63,872 nucleotides of DNA from Flavobacteriales bacterium. Lineage in GTDB: Bacteria > Bacteroidota > Bacteroidia > Flavobacteriales_D > Sanyastnellaceae. The position numbers were made by a program, and so were the translations under genes. Below are positions 16,403 to 25,651 of the stretch, in pieces. Location: positions 1 to 63,872 of the forward strand of contig JAKMCX010000099.1 in assembly GCA_022428285.1 (NCBI GenBank). The letters run 5' to 3'. Positions within the stretch are counted from its first letter, which is position 1. Each line of letters opens with the position of its first letter. The notes under the pieces are model-generated. The model did no database searches. It had not been told where the DNA came from and saw only the letters and a program-made list of their open reading frames with translations.

Positions 16403-17680
16403 TTAGCCTACAGCCCGAACCAAATAGTAGTTCTTCTTTCCGCGCTGCAGCAGCACAATGCCACTGCCAATGCAATCGTCGGTGCGGATGACCTTGCTTT
16501 GATCGACTTTGTTGCGGTTGACGCTCACGGAGTTTTCCTTGAGCGCACGGCGGGCTTCTCCGCTGCTGGTAAGAAAGGGGGCATCTCCGCCTGCGAGCAG
16601 GTCTATGATGCCGATTCCAGCCTCCAGGTCGTCTCGGGAAACTTCGCGCTGAGGCACCCCTTCAAAGACGCTCAGCAACTCAGCCTCAGGCAAAGCGCGC
16701 AAATCGTCTTCGGTACCCTTTCCGAACAACAAGGCCGTTGCGGCCAAAGCAGTTTGCAGGTCTTCTTCACCATGGATGCGCCGGGTCACATCGGCAGCGA
16801 GTTCCTTCTGGAGCAAGCGCGCACCGGGGTTTTCGGCATGGGCAGCCTCCAGCTCTTCGATGCGGTCGCGGTCCAGCAAAGTGAATATGCGGATGTACCG
16901 GGCGGCATCGTCATCGGCAGCATTGATCCAGTACTGATAGAATTTGTAAGCGCTCGTGCGGGCTTTGTCGATCCAGACATTGCCTCCTTCGCTTTTGCCA
17001 AATTTGGTGCCGTCGGACTTCGTGATCAGCGGCGCTGTCAGCGCGAAAGCATGGCCCTGGCCTTTCCGACGGATGAGCTCCGTACCGGTGGTCATGTTGC
17101 CCCATTGGTCGCTGCCTCCCATTTGAAGCATGCAGCCCATTTCCTTCCAGAGGTGGTAGAAGTCATAGCCTTGGACCAACTGATAGCTGAACTCCGTGAA
17201 GCTCATGCCGCTGTCGAGCCGGTTCTTCACAGAGTCCTTGGCCATCATGTAGTTGACGGTGATGTGTTTGCCGACGTCGCGAATGAAGTCCAGAAAGCTC
17301 AGGTCCTTGAACCAATCAAAGTTGTTGACCACCTGAGCGGCGCAAGGACCTTCGAAGTCCAAGAACCTTTCGAGCTGTGCACGTTGACACGACAGGTTGT
17401 GCTGCAGCGTATCCACATCCAAGAATTGACGCTCGGCGGTTTTGCCGCTGGGGTCTCCCACCATGCCGGTGGCACCCCCGACGAGGGCAACGGGGCGGTG
17501 TCCAGCGCGTTGCAGGTGAACCAGCAACATCACGGGCACCAGGTTGCCGATGTGCAACGAGTCTGCGGTGGGGTCGAAACCCACATAGCCCGTTGTTTGC
17601 TCCTTGGTGAGGTGCTCCTCGAGGCCAGGCATGGCGTCGTGCAGGAGCCCGCGCCACTTCAATTCGGCAATGAAATCCAT
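16403..17680 (-). CDS. tyrS: Tyrosine--tRNA ligase
   Basis: HIGN and KFGKS class I motifs plus a C-terminal S4-like domain. ATG at 17680 (MDFIAELKWRGLL). Confidence 0.95.
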   Translation of the reverse strand: MDFIAELKWRGLLHDAMPGLEEHLTKEQTTGYVGFDPTADSLHIGNLVPVMLLVHLQRAGHRPVALVGGATGMVGDPSGKTAERQFLDVDTLQHNLSCQRAQLERFLDFEGPCAAQVVNNFDWFKDLSFLDFIRDVGKHITVNYMMAKDSVKNRLDSGMSFTEFSYQLVQGYDFYHLWKEMGCMLQMGGSDQWGNMTTGTELIRRKGQGHAFALTAPLITKSDGTKFGKSEGGNVWIDKARTSAYKFYQYWINAADDDAARYIRIFTLLDRDRIEELEAAHAENPGARLLQKELAADVTRRIHGEEDLQTALAATALLFGKGTEDDLRALPEAELLSVFEGVPQREVSRDDLEAGIGIIDLLAGGDAPFLTSSGEARRALKENSVSVNRNKVDQSKVIRTDDCIGSGIVLLQRGKKNYYLVRAVG

Positions 17681-17722
17681 AGGGCGCGAAAGATACACCG
17701 CAGGCCTTGCTGTTTTGGTTCC

Positions 17723-19045
17723 TCAGAGAACGGAGACGAGGTCTTCCATTTGCATGCTCCGCGAACCTTTGAGCAGAACCGTCCGCCCCGCCAAGGCGTT
17801 TGATTCTAGGGCAGTCCGCAGTCCGTCCATTCGTTCAAATGTTCGGTCGGCTGGTGCGTGCGCCGCAAAGTCGGTTCCAACCACCCAGCATTCGATGCCG
17901 CATTCTCGGGCCACATCCCTCACGAGCTGGTGCCCTTCTGCGGCGTGTTGCCCCAGTTCTTTCATGTCGCCAAGAATCGCCAGCGGCTGGGCGTGCTGGC
18001 CGGCCGCAAAGGCCCTCAAAGTCGACACCACCGAACTCGGGTTGGCATTGTAGCAGTCGACGATGACCACATTGCGCTGGGTTTCGACCGTTTCTCCCCT
18101 TTGGTCCACGGGCAAGAATGCCAGCAAGGCCGCATTGATTTTGGCAGGTTCTGTGCCGAAATAAGTGCCCACTGCAATGGCCGCTTTGATGTTGTCCAGT
18201 TGGTGTGCTCCGTGCAGTTGAACGTTCAGGCCTGCTGTATCGAGGTGCCAAGGCCCGGGCGTTTTGCCCCGATCAACCGTCCACAGCACAGGGGCATCGA
18301 CTTGGTCTCCATGGCGCCACGCAAAGGGCGGGTGGTCCGTGGTGCCATACGGCGACACTTTGAGCCCATCGAGCTCAGACAAGGCCATCAGGTCCCGGTC
18401 TGCAGCATGAACGATCGCCGTCCCTTCAGATGCAGCCAACCACTTGAACAGTTCCTGCTTGCCCTTTTTGACCCCTTCAACACCACCAAAACCCTCCAAG
18501 TGGGCCAGTCCAACATTGGTGATCATGCCATGCGTAGGCTCAGCGATTTTGCACAGATTCGCGATTTCTCCTTGGTGATTGGCCCCCATTTCCACGAGGG
18601 CAAATTCAGTGTCGATGGGCATCGACAGCAGGGTGAGGGGCACGCCTATGTGGTTGTTCAGATTGCCATGGGTGGCGTGCACGTCCATATCCTGGCCCAG
18701 TACAGCCCGGATAAGCTCCTTGGTGGTGGTCTTCCCATTGCTCCCTGTCAAGCCAAAGACGGGGGCCTTGAAGCGCCGTCTGTGGGCTTGAGCCAAGAGT
18801 TGCAATGCGGTGAGACCATCCGCTACCTGCACGATGCCCGCTCCCTCAATGGTGGGGTCGTCCACGACGGCGGCGGTGCATCCTTTGGATATGGCCTCAT
18901 GGGCAAAAGCGTTTCCATCGAAGCGCTCCCCTTTCAGAGCGATGTAGAGCAATCCTGGCCCGCATTTCCTGGAGTCAGTGGTGACACCTTTGGATCGGTC
19001 GAAGAGGGAGAGAAGTTGTTGTGGCGTGGCGCCTTCCATGGTCAC
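17723..19045 (-). CDS. murF: UDP-N-acetylmuramoyl-tripeptide--D-alanyl-D-alanine ligase
   Basis: 440 aa Mur ligase with P-loop GLTGSNGKTTTKE. GTG at 19045, or ATG at 19039. Confidence 0.9.
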   Translation of the reverse strand: MTMEGATPQQLLSLFDRSKGVTTDSRKCGPGLLYIALKGERFDGNAFAHEAISKGCTAAVVDDPTIEGAGIVQVADGLTALQLLAQAHRRRFKAPVFGLTGSNGKTTTKELIRAVLGQDMDVHATHGNLNNHIGVPLTLLSMPIDTEFALVEMGANHQGEIANLCKIAEPTHGMITNVGLAHLEGFGGVEGVKKGKQELFKWLAASEGTAIVHAADRDLMALSELDGLKVSPYGTTDHPPFAWRHGDQVDAPVLWTVDRGKTPGPWHLDTAGLNVQLHGAHQLDNIKAAIAVGTYFGTEPAKINAALLAFLPVDQRGETVETQRNVVIVDCYNANPSSVVSTLRAFAAGQHAQPLAILGDMKELGQHAAEGHQLVRDVARECGIECWVVGTDFAAHAPADRTFERMDGLRTALESNALAGRTVLLKGSRSMQMEDLVSVL

Positions 19046-19090
19046 AAGAAACAGCGAACCCCGCTTGATCTGGAGGTCAAGCGGGGTTCG
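19046..19090 (-). terminator. Terminator/attenuator-like hairpin between gldJ and murF
   Basis: Perfect 12-bp stem CGAACCCCGCTT / AAGCGGGGTTCG (19055-19066 / 19079-19090) with a 12-nt loop. A U-rich tract (CUGUUUCUUGUG) follows on the minus-strand RNA. Confidence 0.55.
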
Positions 19091-19110
19091 GAATCAACAT
19101 TGGTTGGTGC

Positions 19111-20871
19111 TTACTTGCCGCCAGCCATAACATTTCCTCTGGGTGAACCTACCCGGGTCATCGCACAGCGGAAACCGATGGTGGCCGAGCTCTGGTCTTC
19201 TTCCAAGAAGCGGCGGGTACCGGGGATGATCCAATAGGCCCTGTCGTTCCAGCTTCCGCCTTTGTAGACACGAACGTTGTCGTTGATCAAAGAGGTCGCC
19301 CCATAGTCGTAGACCAAGTCATCGCGATCGCTCAGCTCTGTCTGATCATAGGTGATGGAACTTTCGAGGTCTCCGTCGAGGTAGTCAATGTTGTCGGCCT
19401 CTTTGTAGTTGCGGCGGTCCAAGTTCTCTTCGAGTGTGACCTTACGGTAGCGCATCTCACCGGGCATGCCCATGATGTTCTGGGTCCATGCTTTGCGGAG
19501 GTCCGGAGCTGCTGGAGCTTCACTTTCCTCGATCAGGTCCAGGGCCTCGTCCATTTTGGTCATGGCTTCTTCGTCCCGCTTCACGCCCAAGTCCTCATTG
19601 GCACTTTCAATCTTGCTCATGAGGTTGTCGATGAGGTTCTGTCCCTCCGTGGTCAAAGAGCTGCCAGCCGTTTCCTGATACTCCTCGAGGTAAGCCTCAA
19701 TGGCGGCGATGTCATACTCAACATAATCGAGCTTGTCCTTGACATTGCCTTCACTGTCCAGCAATTTGGTGGAGAAGACGTTTCCTCTAAATGGTCGGAA
19801 TTCCTGAGCGTCTTGCAGGGTTCCAGGACGGTATACATCCATGACCCACTCGCTGACATTGCCCGCCATATTGTAGAGGCCATAGTCGTTGGGCGCATAG
19901 GAGTAAACCGGTGCTGTAACGTCGGCGTTGTCATTCAAAGCACCTGCCACACCCATATAGTCACCGCGGGCGCGCACAAAGTTGGCGTTGATCTCACCGT
20001 AGAACTTGCCACGGCTGTCATCGTTACGGACATAGTGTCCATCCCAAGGGTAGGTCCTGCGGCTGGTGATCAACTCCTCGCCACTGTTGCCGATGAGCGA
20101 CAAAGCGGCGTATTCCCATTCAGCTTCAGTAGGCAGGCGATAGTCTGGCAGTAGGATGCCATCGGTCATCGCCACATTCCGGTAACCGACGCCATTGGGT
20201 CGGAGGTCCTTGATGCCGTCGGCTGCTTTTGCCGCTTCTTCATACTGACCGTCGAGGTAAGCTTCAGTACTGAAGAAGCTGTCGTCAACTTGGCCCGTGG
20301 GGTTGTGAACCAAGAATCCTTCCCGGACCATGATTTGCTCATTCACCCGGTCGGTCCTCCACTTGCAGAACTCGTTGGCCTGCAACCAAGACACACCCAC
20401 GACAGGGTATTCTCTGTAGGCAGGGTGGCGCAAGTAATAGTCCACATAGGGCTCGTTGTAGGCCCGTGGATCCCTCCACACCAAGGTATCGGGCTTGGCG
20501 CGGTCTACAATTTCTGGGAATCCATCGCCGTAGACGCGGTTCAACCAGAACAGGTATTCCAACCAGTAGTAGTTGGTGACCTCCACCTCATCCATGTAGA
20601 ATGAGCTGACCGTAACACGGCGTGGAATGTTGTCCCAAGCACCGGTGAGGTCGTCTTCGACCTGGCCCATTGTGAAGGTTCCACCTTCCACAAAAACGAG
20701 GCCTGGGCCTGTTTCTTGGCCGATATATGGAAGTTGCTGAAATCCGCCGTTTTCAGAGTCGTTGTACGCCCAGCCTGTTGAGCCAGAAGCACTTCCTTGG
20801 CAGGACGACAACAACGAAGCCACAGCAAATGCTGTGAGCGAAGTCAGGAGGATGAAATGGAGCTTTTGCAT
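19111..20871 (-). CDS. gldJ: Gliding motility / T9SS lipoprotein GldJ
   Basis: 586 aa with lipoprotein signal ..LLSSC, GWAYNDSENGGFQ, and an FGE/SUMF1-like core (YRLPTEAEWEYAA, VYKGGSWND). Adjacent to murF as in Flavobacterium (from memory). Confidence 0.85.
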   Translation of the reverse strand: MQKLHFILLTSLTAFAVASLLSSCQGSASGSTGWAYNDSENGGFQQLPYIGQETGPGLVFVEGGTFTMGQVEDDLTGAWDNIPRRVTVSSFYMDEVEVTNYYWLEYLFWLNRVYGDGFPEIVDRAKPDTLVWRDPRAYNEPYVDYYLRHPAYREYPVVGVSWLQANEFCKWRTDRVNEQIMVREGFLVHNPTGQVDDSFFSTEAYLDGQYEEAAKAADGIKDLRPNGVGYRNVAMTDGILLPDYRLPTEAEWEYAALSLIGNSGEELITSRRTYPWDGHYVRNDDSRGKFYGEINANFVRARGDYMGVAGALNDNADVTAPVYSYAPNDYGLYNMAGNVSEWVMDVYRPGTLQDAQEFRPFRGNVFSTKLLDSEGNVKDKLDYVEYDIAAIEAYLEEYQETAGSSLTTEGQNLIDNLMSKIESANEDLGVKRDEEAMTKMDEALDLIEESEAPAAPDLRKAWTQNIMGMPGEMRYRKVTLEENLDRRNYKEADNIDYLDGDLESSITYDQTELSDRDDLVYDYGATSLINDNVRVYKGGSWNDRAYWIIPGTRRFLEEDQSSATIGFRCAMTRVGSPRGNVMAGGK

Positions 20872-20905
20872 CGCTTTCTATATGAGTTTCCTTGCAGGGA
20901 ATGGA

Positions 20906-21931
20906 TTAGAATCCCGGACAGGGTGGGCTGCGGAATTTGATCCGTTTGGAACGGCAGTCGAAGTTCAAAGACATACTGACCTCATGTGACCCGCCAGTGG
21001 CAGGAGTGAGGTCGGATACGGTCACATCGTAGCTGTATCCAAACTTGATGACATCGGATTGCACTCCCAACGTAACGATAAACGCGTCCCGATATTGGGT
21101 ACCGAGGATTCCGCGGTACCAAATTCCACCCACGATTGGGCCTTTGCTGACATAGCCACCGAAGTTGAGCTGTTGGAATTCGCCTTGGCGGCGGTACAGG
21201 ATATTGGGAGAAATGAAGGCGCTGGCATAGCGGGCATCCCCATCGAGCGGGAGCAATGCTCCAAAGTGAGCGGTCAGCTTCATGGGCAGACGGCTCACTC
21301 CTACAACGAGGCTTTCATTGGGCTCATTCAAGTGGTGGGCAGCAAATCCGAAGTAGACTTTTTTGCTGAATCCAACAATGCCAGCACTGAAGTCGACCTG
21401 GCTGACTTTTCCTCCCCGGGGTTGGTCCTGGGTCTCGTAGATGAACCCTTTCCGGGGATCAATCATGTCGCCAAACGTCAATTGACTCCAGTCGAGGGCC
21501 TTTTGGAAATAGGTGGCCTCGAACCCGGCTTTGATCGAAAATTTCCGGCTGATCGCCTGCTGATAGCTGTAGATTCCACTGATTCGAGTGGTGCTCAGGG
21601 TGCCTCTTCCGGCCCGGTCGTTCATGACGACAAAACCAAGACCACCTGAAATACTCGGAATGTGCTGGTCGTATGCCGCCGCTGAAGTGACATAATTTCC
21701 GCTCATTGCGGGCCACTGATTCCGGTAGTTCATCACAAATCGCGGACACCGAGCCGCGCCGGCAAAGGCGGGGTTCAAATAGACCGGGTTTGAGTAGAAT
21801 TGAGTGAATTCCGGGTCTTGGGCCGATGCTTTTTCCGGTGCAAACGTGCCGAGGCACGCCAATAGTAGCGCTAAGGCCGGGAGGCCAAAAACGCGGGATG
21901 CCGCGGAGGGTAAGGGCTGTTGGAGCTTCAT
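20906..21931 (-). CDS. PorP/SprF-family T9SS outer-membrane protein
   Basis: ATG at 21931 gives a signal peptide ending ..ASAQDPEFTQFYSNPVYLNPAFAG, the hallmark N-terminus of the PorP/SprF family. Beta-barrel-like remainder. Confidence 0.8.
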   Translation of the reverse strand: MKLQQPLPSAASRVFGLPALALLLACLGTFAPEKASAQDPEFTQFYSNPVYLNPAFAGAARCPRFVMNYRNQWPAMSGNYVTSAAAYDQHIPSISGGLGFVVMNDRAGRGTLSTTRISGIYSYQQAISRKFSIKAGFEATYFQKALDWSQLTFGDMIDPRKGFIYETQDQPRGGKVSQVDFSAGIVGFSKKVYFGFAAHHLNEPNESLVVGVSRLPMKLTAHFGALLPLDGDARYASAFISPNILYRRQGEFQQLNFGGYVSKGPIVGGIWYRGILGTQYRDAFIVTLGVQSDVIKFGYSYDVTVSDLTPATGGSHEVSMSLNFDCRSKRIKFRSPPCPGF

Positions 21932-22010
21932 GGCCGTGCAGTTTCCTGAGACACAAGTCTCGTGTATAAGATCGTGAAAATTACAAACTTGTGGGAATTG
22001 CCGAACATCT

Positions 22011-22056
22011 TTGCTTCGAAGCAACAAACAGAGCTGTTTTAACGTTGTTCGAACAA
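22011..22056. promoter_or_regulatory. Two related perfect palindromes upstream of porU (candidate operator pair)
   Basis: TTGCTTCGAAGCAA (22011-22024) and TTGTTCGAACAA (22045-22056). Centres are 33 bp apart, 19-64 nt upstream of the ATG at 22075. Confidence 0.3.
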
Positions 22057-22074
22057 GAATTTTCGACCATCCCC

Positions 22075-25000
22075 ATGACCCAAACGAAGCAGCAACAGAA
22101 ACCGTTGCCTTGGACGGAATCAAAGCCATGTCATTTCCTGTTACGGATGACATGCGTTTTAGGTTTCCTCATCACGTTGAGCGGGGGCGTCTCTGCCCAG
22201 TTTACCTACGATTGGCCGGAGCACAGTGCACTCTCTGAAGGCCAGTGGTTCAAGTTGGCCACCGTGCGCACCGGGTTTCACAAAGTCGATGTCAATTTGA
22301 TGTCCAGCCTGGGTTTGAACCCAGGAGATGTGAATCCCAGTCAGCTCAACCTGTATGGTCACGGTGGAGATGCGTTGCCCATTGACAATGCTTTGCCCCG
22401 GCCATTGGATTTGGTGCCTGTTCCCATCGAGATGGTCGATGATGGCGACGGCCAGTTTGATGGCAGTGACCATTTTGTCTTCATGGGCAATGGTCCTGAA
22501 CAATGGAATTTCGATGATGTCACCGGGAAATGGCGACATGCGCTGAATCCGTGGTCAGATACCGCTTGGTATTACCTCCGAGTAGATGACACCGTTCCGG
22601 TCAGGGTGTCCAATGCGCCGGCCATCAGCGGAGACTTTGATACGGTCCTTGTCGAAACGGATTTCCACCTGTTCCACGAATTGGAGCAGAGCACCATCAT
22701 CCGCTCAGGTCGCAATTTTTTTGGCGAAGTCTTCGATCAGAATCCCACCCACACCATACCCTTTCAGGTTCCAGATGTGGTGGCCAAAACAGCCCAGCTC
22801 GAAGTCAAGCTCATGGGCCGTTCTGTCGGCTCAGTGAGTCCCTACACGGTCTCGCTGGGTGACAGCAGTTGGACCATCACCCCTTCGGTCACCGGGTCGC
22901 AATCCCACGTTCCGCAAGCTCAAGTGGGAAGCGGTTTCTGGAATTGGACGCCTTCTTCGGAAGTGGTGCAAGTGGGCATCACCCTGGACGCACAAGTGGC
23001 CGATGCCAAAGGGTGGTTGGATTATGTCCGGTTGATTGGAACGCGCCAGGCGTCGATGTCGGGCTCGACCCAGCAAGAATTCATGCGCGCAGAGGTTGTA
23101 GCACCTGGACTCATCGCTGAGTGGTCGGTGGCGGAGGCCCAATCTGTTCAACGCATTTGGGACGTGACCGATCCGCAAGCTCCCATTGCGGTGCCGTTTT
23201 CTGTGGAAGGAGGCAATGCGAGGTTCAGGGTCACTTGCGATGCGCTGCGGTCATTCAGGGCTGGAACCGGTTCGGGATTCTACACGCCAACCCCCATTGG
23301 TCCCGTTCAAAACACCGATGTTCATGGCATACCCCAGGTCGACCTGGTGGTGATCACGCCGCCGGCATTGCGCGAAGCCGCCGACAGCTTGGCGGGCATT
23401 CACTTTGCAGAGGGATTGAGCGTAGCGGTTTTGGAGCCGTCTTTCATTTACGATTGCTTCAGTTCTGGAAGGGTCGATCCTACGGCATTCAAAATGCTCA
23501 TGAAGATGCTCTTCGACCGCGCGGAGGGCAATCCCTCCTTGCAGCCGAGGTACCTGCAGTTGTTTGGGGACGGCACTTACCTCAACCGCAATTTGGCGCG
23601 CGAGGGCAACCTGCTGGTCTCGTTTCAAAGCGCCCAAAGCCATACCCCTACGCAGAGTTATGTGACCGATGACTATTTCGGTTTCTTGTCGGACATGGCG
23701 TCAGAACGATTGACCGACACTTTGGCGATTGGCGTCGGCCGCATACCGGCGAGCAGTTTGTCCGAAGCTTGGGACGCTGTTGGCAAAGTTTCGGCTTACC
23801 TCAGTGGCAATCCCGACCCCGATGGGGCGGCCTGCCTCAATGCGGGGCTTCCTGGCTCCGAAGAGGGCAATCCCTACGGGCCTTGGCGCAACCGAGTGTG
23901 CTTCGTAGCCGATGATTTCGATGGCAACAGTGGGGCCACAGAAACCGGCCACACAGTTTACAGCATAGGACACGCCCAAGGCATGGAGGAAGGACACGGC
24001 GCCTATGACCTCAAGCGGATTTTCATGGACGCTTATCCTCAGGTGGCAACCCCCGGTGGCGAGCGTTACCCGGAGGTCGAAATGGCCATTGACCGGCAGG
24101 TTCGCGAAGGCGCCCTGGTGATCAATTACATCGGCCATGGAGGCGAGCGCGGCTGGGCCCATGAGCGGGTCCTCAATACCTCCACCATCGGCGCATGGGA
24201 CAACCTCGACCGCATGCCACTGTTTTTCACCGCCACCTGCGAACTCGCGCGGTTTGACGATCCCGAATTGGAAACGGCAGGGGAGATGATGGTCATGAAC
24301 CCCAAAGGCGGGGCCATTGCCATGATGACCACAACCCGCGTGGTCTACAGTTTTGCCAATGAGCAGTTGAACACGGCCTTTTTCGCCGTCGCCTTTGACG
24401 CGCCCCCGGGAGAGCGCCAACGGCTTGGCGACATTTTGCGCCGGACAAAGAACCACCCCTCTTCGGGAGCCTCTTCAAACAAGCGCAATTTCACGTTGCT
24501 CGGCGATGTGGCCCTCACGCTGGCCACACCGAGCATGCAGGTCAGAACCAGCGAGGTCAATGGTGTGCCCATCGATGCCTGGGCGGATACCCTCAGCGCG
24601 CTGGAGCATGTCGTGGTCAAAGGATTTGTCGCCGATGCAGGGGGAAATCTATTGACCGACTTCAATGGCTACGTCTACCCCACGGTCTACGATCAGAAGT
24701 CACAAGTGACCACCCTCAACAACGATGGTGGCAGCTCTGGGGTTTCCTACAGCGAATGGCGCAACCGCATCCACGCGGGTGCCGTCACAGCAGAAGGAGG
24801 GGTCTTTGAATTTGAGTTCGTGGTGCCCCGCGACATCTCATACGACCCCGCTGCCGGGCGCATCAGCTATTACGCTGTAGATGGCGACCTCGATGCCCAT
24901 GGATACACCGAAAACATCGTGATCGGGGGGGTTAATCCCAATGCCATTGCAGACAACGAGGGCCCTTCCATCGCCCTGTTTCTCAACGACACCAGCTTTG

Positions 25001-25611
25001 TCAATGGAGGCACAACGGACTCCAAACCGGTGTTGCTAGCCTACTTACAGGACGACCAAGGTTTGAATACCGTAGGCAATGGGATTGGCCACGACCTCAA
25101 AATGGTCTTGGATGATGGCAACGGGGAGGTGCTCAATGAATACTATCAAAGCGACCTCAATACCTACCAAAGTGGCAAGGTCGTATTTCCCATGAGTGGG
25201 ATAGAACCTGGGCCCCACCAAATGGAGCTCAAGGCATGGGATGTGCACAACAACAGCGCCACAGCGGTCTTGGATTTTGTGGTGGTCGAGGAATTGGAAG
25301 TGTTTTTGGAAGGGCTCGTGAATTACCCGAATCCCATGAATGGCGCGGGAACCACCTTTAGATTTGACCACAACCAAGCCTGTGTTTCTCTGAATTTACG
25401 CCTCTCGATATACGATGGGACAGGAAACGCCGTTTGGGAGGGTGAGCAGACGATGACGCCCACCGGATACCGCGTGGATGGTTGGCATTGGAATGGGCGC
25501 ACACAAAAAGGAAGCCCCCTCAATGCAGGCCTTTATGTCTATCGTTTGGATGTGGCAACGCCTGAAGGGCGTGAAGCTTCCAAAACGGGCCGTCTGGTTC
25601 TGCTCGATTGA
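22075..25611 (+). CDS. porU: T9SS C-terminal signal peptidase/sortase PorU (C25 gingipain-like)
   Basis: 1178 aa from ATG 22075. Signal-like LGFLITLSGGVSA/QF. His and Cys motifs VINYIGHGGERGW and LFFTATCELARFD. Its own beta-sandwich tail (LVNYPNPMNGAG..GLYVYRLDV..GRLVLLD). Followed directly by porV. Confidence 0.85.
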   Translation: MTQTKQQQKPLPWTESKPCHFLLRMTCVLGFLITLSGGVSAQFTYDWPEHSALSEGQWFKLATVRTGFHKVDVNLMSSLGLNPGDVNPSQLNLYGHGGDALPIDNALPRPLDLVPVPIEMVDDGDGQFDGSDHFVFMGNGPEQWNFDDVTGKWRHALNPWSDTAWYYLRVDDTVPVRVSNAPAISGDFDTVLVETDFHLFHELEQSTIIRSGRNFFGEVFDQNPTHTIPFQVPDVVAKTAQLEVKLMGRSVGSVSPYTVSLGDSSWTITPSVTGSQSHVPQAQVGSGFWNWTPSSEVVQVGITLDAQVADAKGWLDYVRLIGTRQASMSGSTQQEFMRAEVVAPGLIAEWSVAEAQSVQRIWDVTDPQAPIAVPFSVEGGNARFRVTCDALRSFRAGTGSGFYTPTPIGPVQNTDVHGIPQVDLVVITPPALREAADSLAGIHFAEGLSVAVLEPSFIYDCFSSGRVDPTAFKMLMKMLFDRAEGNPSLQPRYLQLFGDGTYLNRNLAREGNLLVSFQSAQSHTPTQSYVTDDYFGFLSDMASERLTDTLAIGVGRIPASSLSEAWDAVGKVSAYLSGNPDPDGAACLNAGLPGSEEGNPYGPWRNRVCFVADDFDGNSGATETGHTVYSIGHAQGMEEGHGAYDLKRIFMDAYPQVATPGGERYPEVEMAIDRQVREGALVINYIGHGGERGWAHERVLNTSTIGAWDNLDRMPLFFTATCELARFDDPELETAGEMMVMNPKGGAIAMMTTTRVVYSFANEQLNTAFFAVAFDAPPGERQRLGDILRRTKNHPSSGASSNKRNFTLLGDVALTLATPSMQVRTSEVNGVPIDAWADTLSALEHVVVKGFVADAGGNLLTDFNGYVYPTVYDQKSQVTTLNNDGGSSGVSYSEWRNRIHAGAVTAEGGVFEFEFVVPRDISYDPAAGRISYYAVDGDLDAHGYTENIVIGGVNPNAIADNEGPSIALFLNDTSFVNGGTTDSKPVLLAYLQDDQGLNTVGNGIGHDLKMVLDDGNGEVLNEYYQSDLNTYQSGKVVFPMSGIEPGPHQMELKAWDVHNNSATAVLDFVVVEELEVFLEGLVNYPNPMNGAGTTFRFDHNQACVSLNLRLSIYDGTGNAVWEGEQTMTPTGYRVDGWHWNGRTQKGSPLNAGLYVYRLDVATPEGREASKTGRLVLLD

Positions 25612-25651
25612 ACCATTTATCCGCACCGCACACTATTTTCGCACCAATCCC

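Noticed and set aside
16499-19237. 434-aa and 459-aa plus-strand ORFs (16499..17803, 17858..19237) covering tyrS and murF
   Set aside because: Same codon-aligned antisense (shadow) phenomenon. tyrS and murF have unambiguous catalytic motifs, and the antisense products have none.
19111-20871. GldJ read as a formylglycine-generating / sulfatase-modifying enzyme
   Set aside because: The FGE-like fold is a known feature of GldJ. The lipoprotein signal, N-terminal GWAYNDSENGGF motif, size and murF/porU context all fit GldJ rather than an enzyme.
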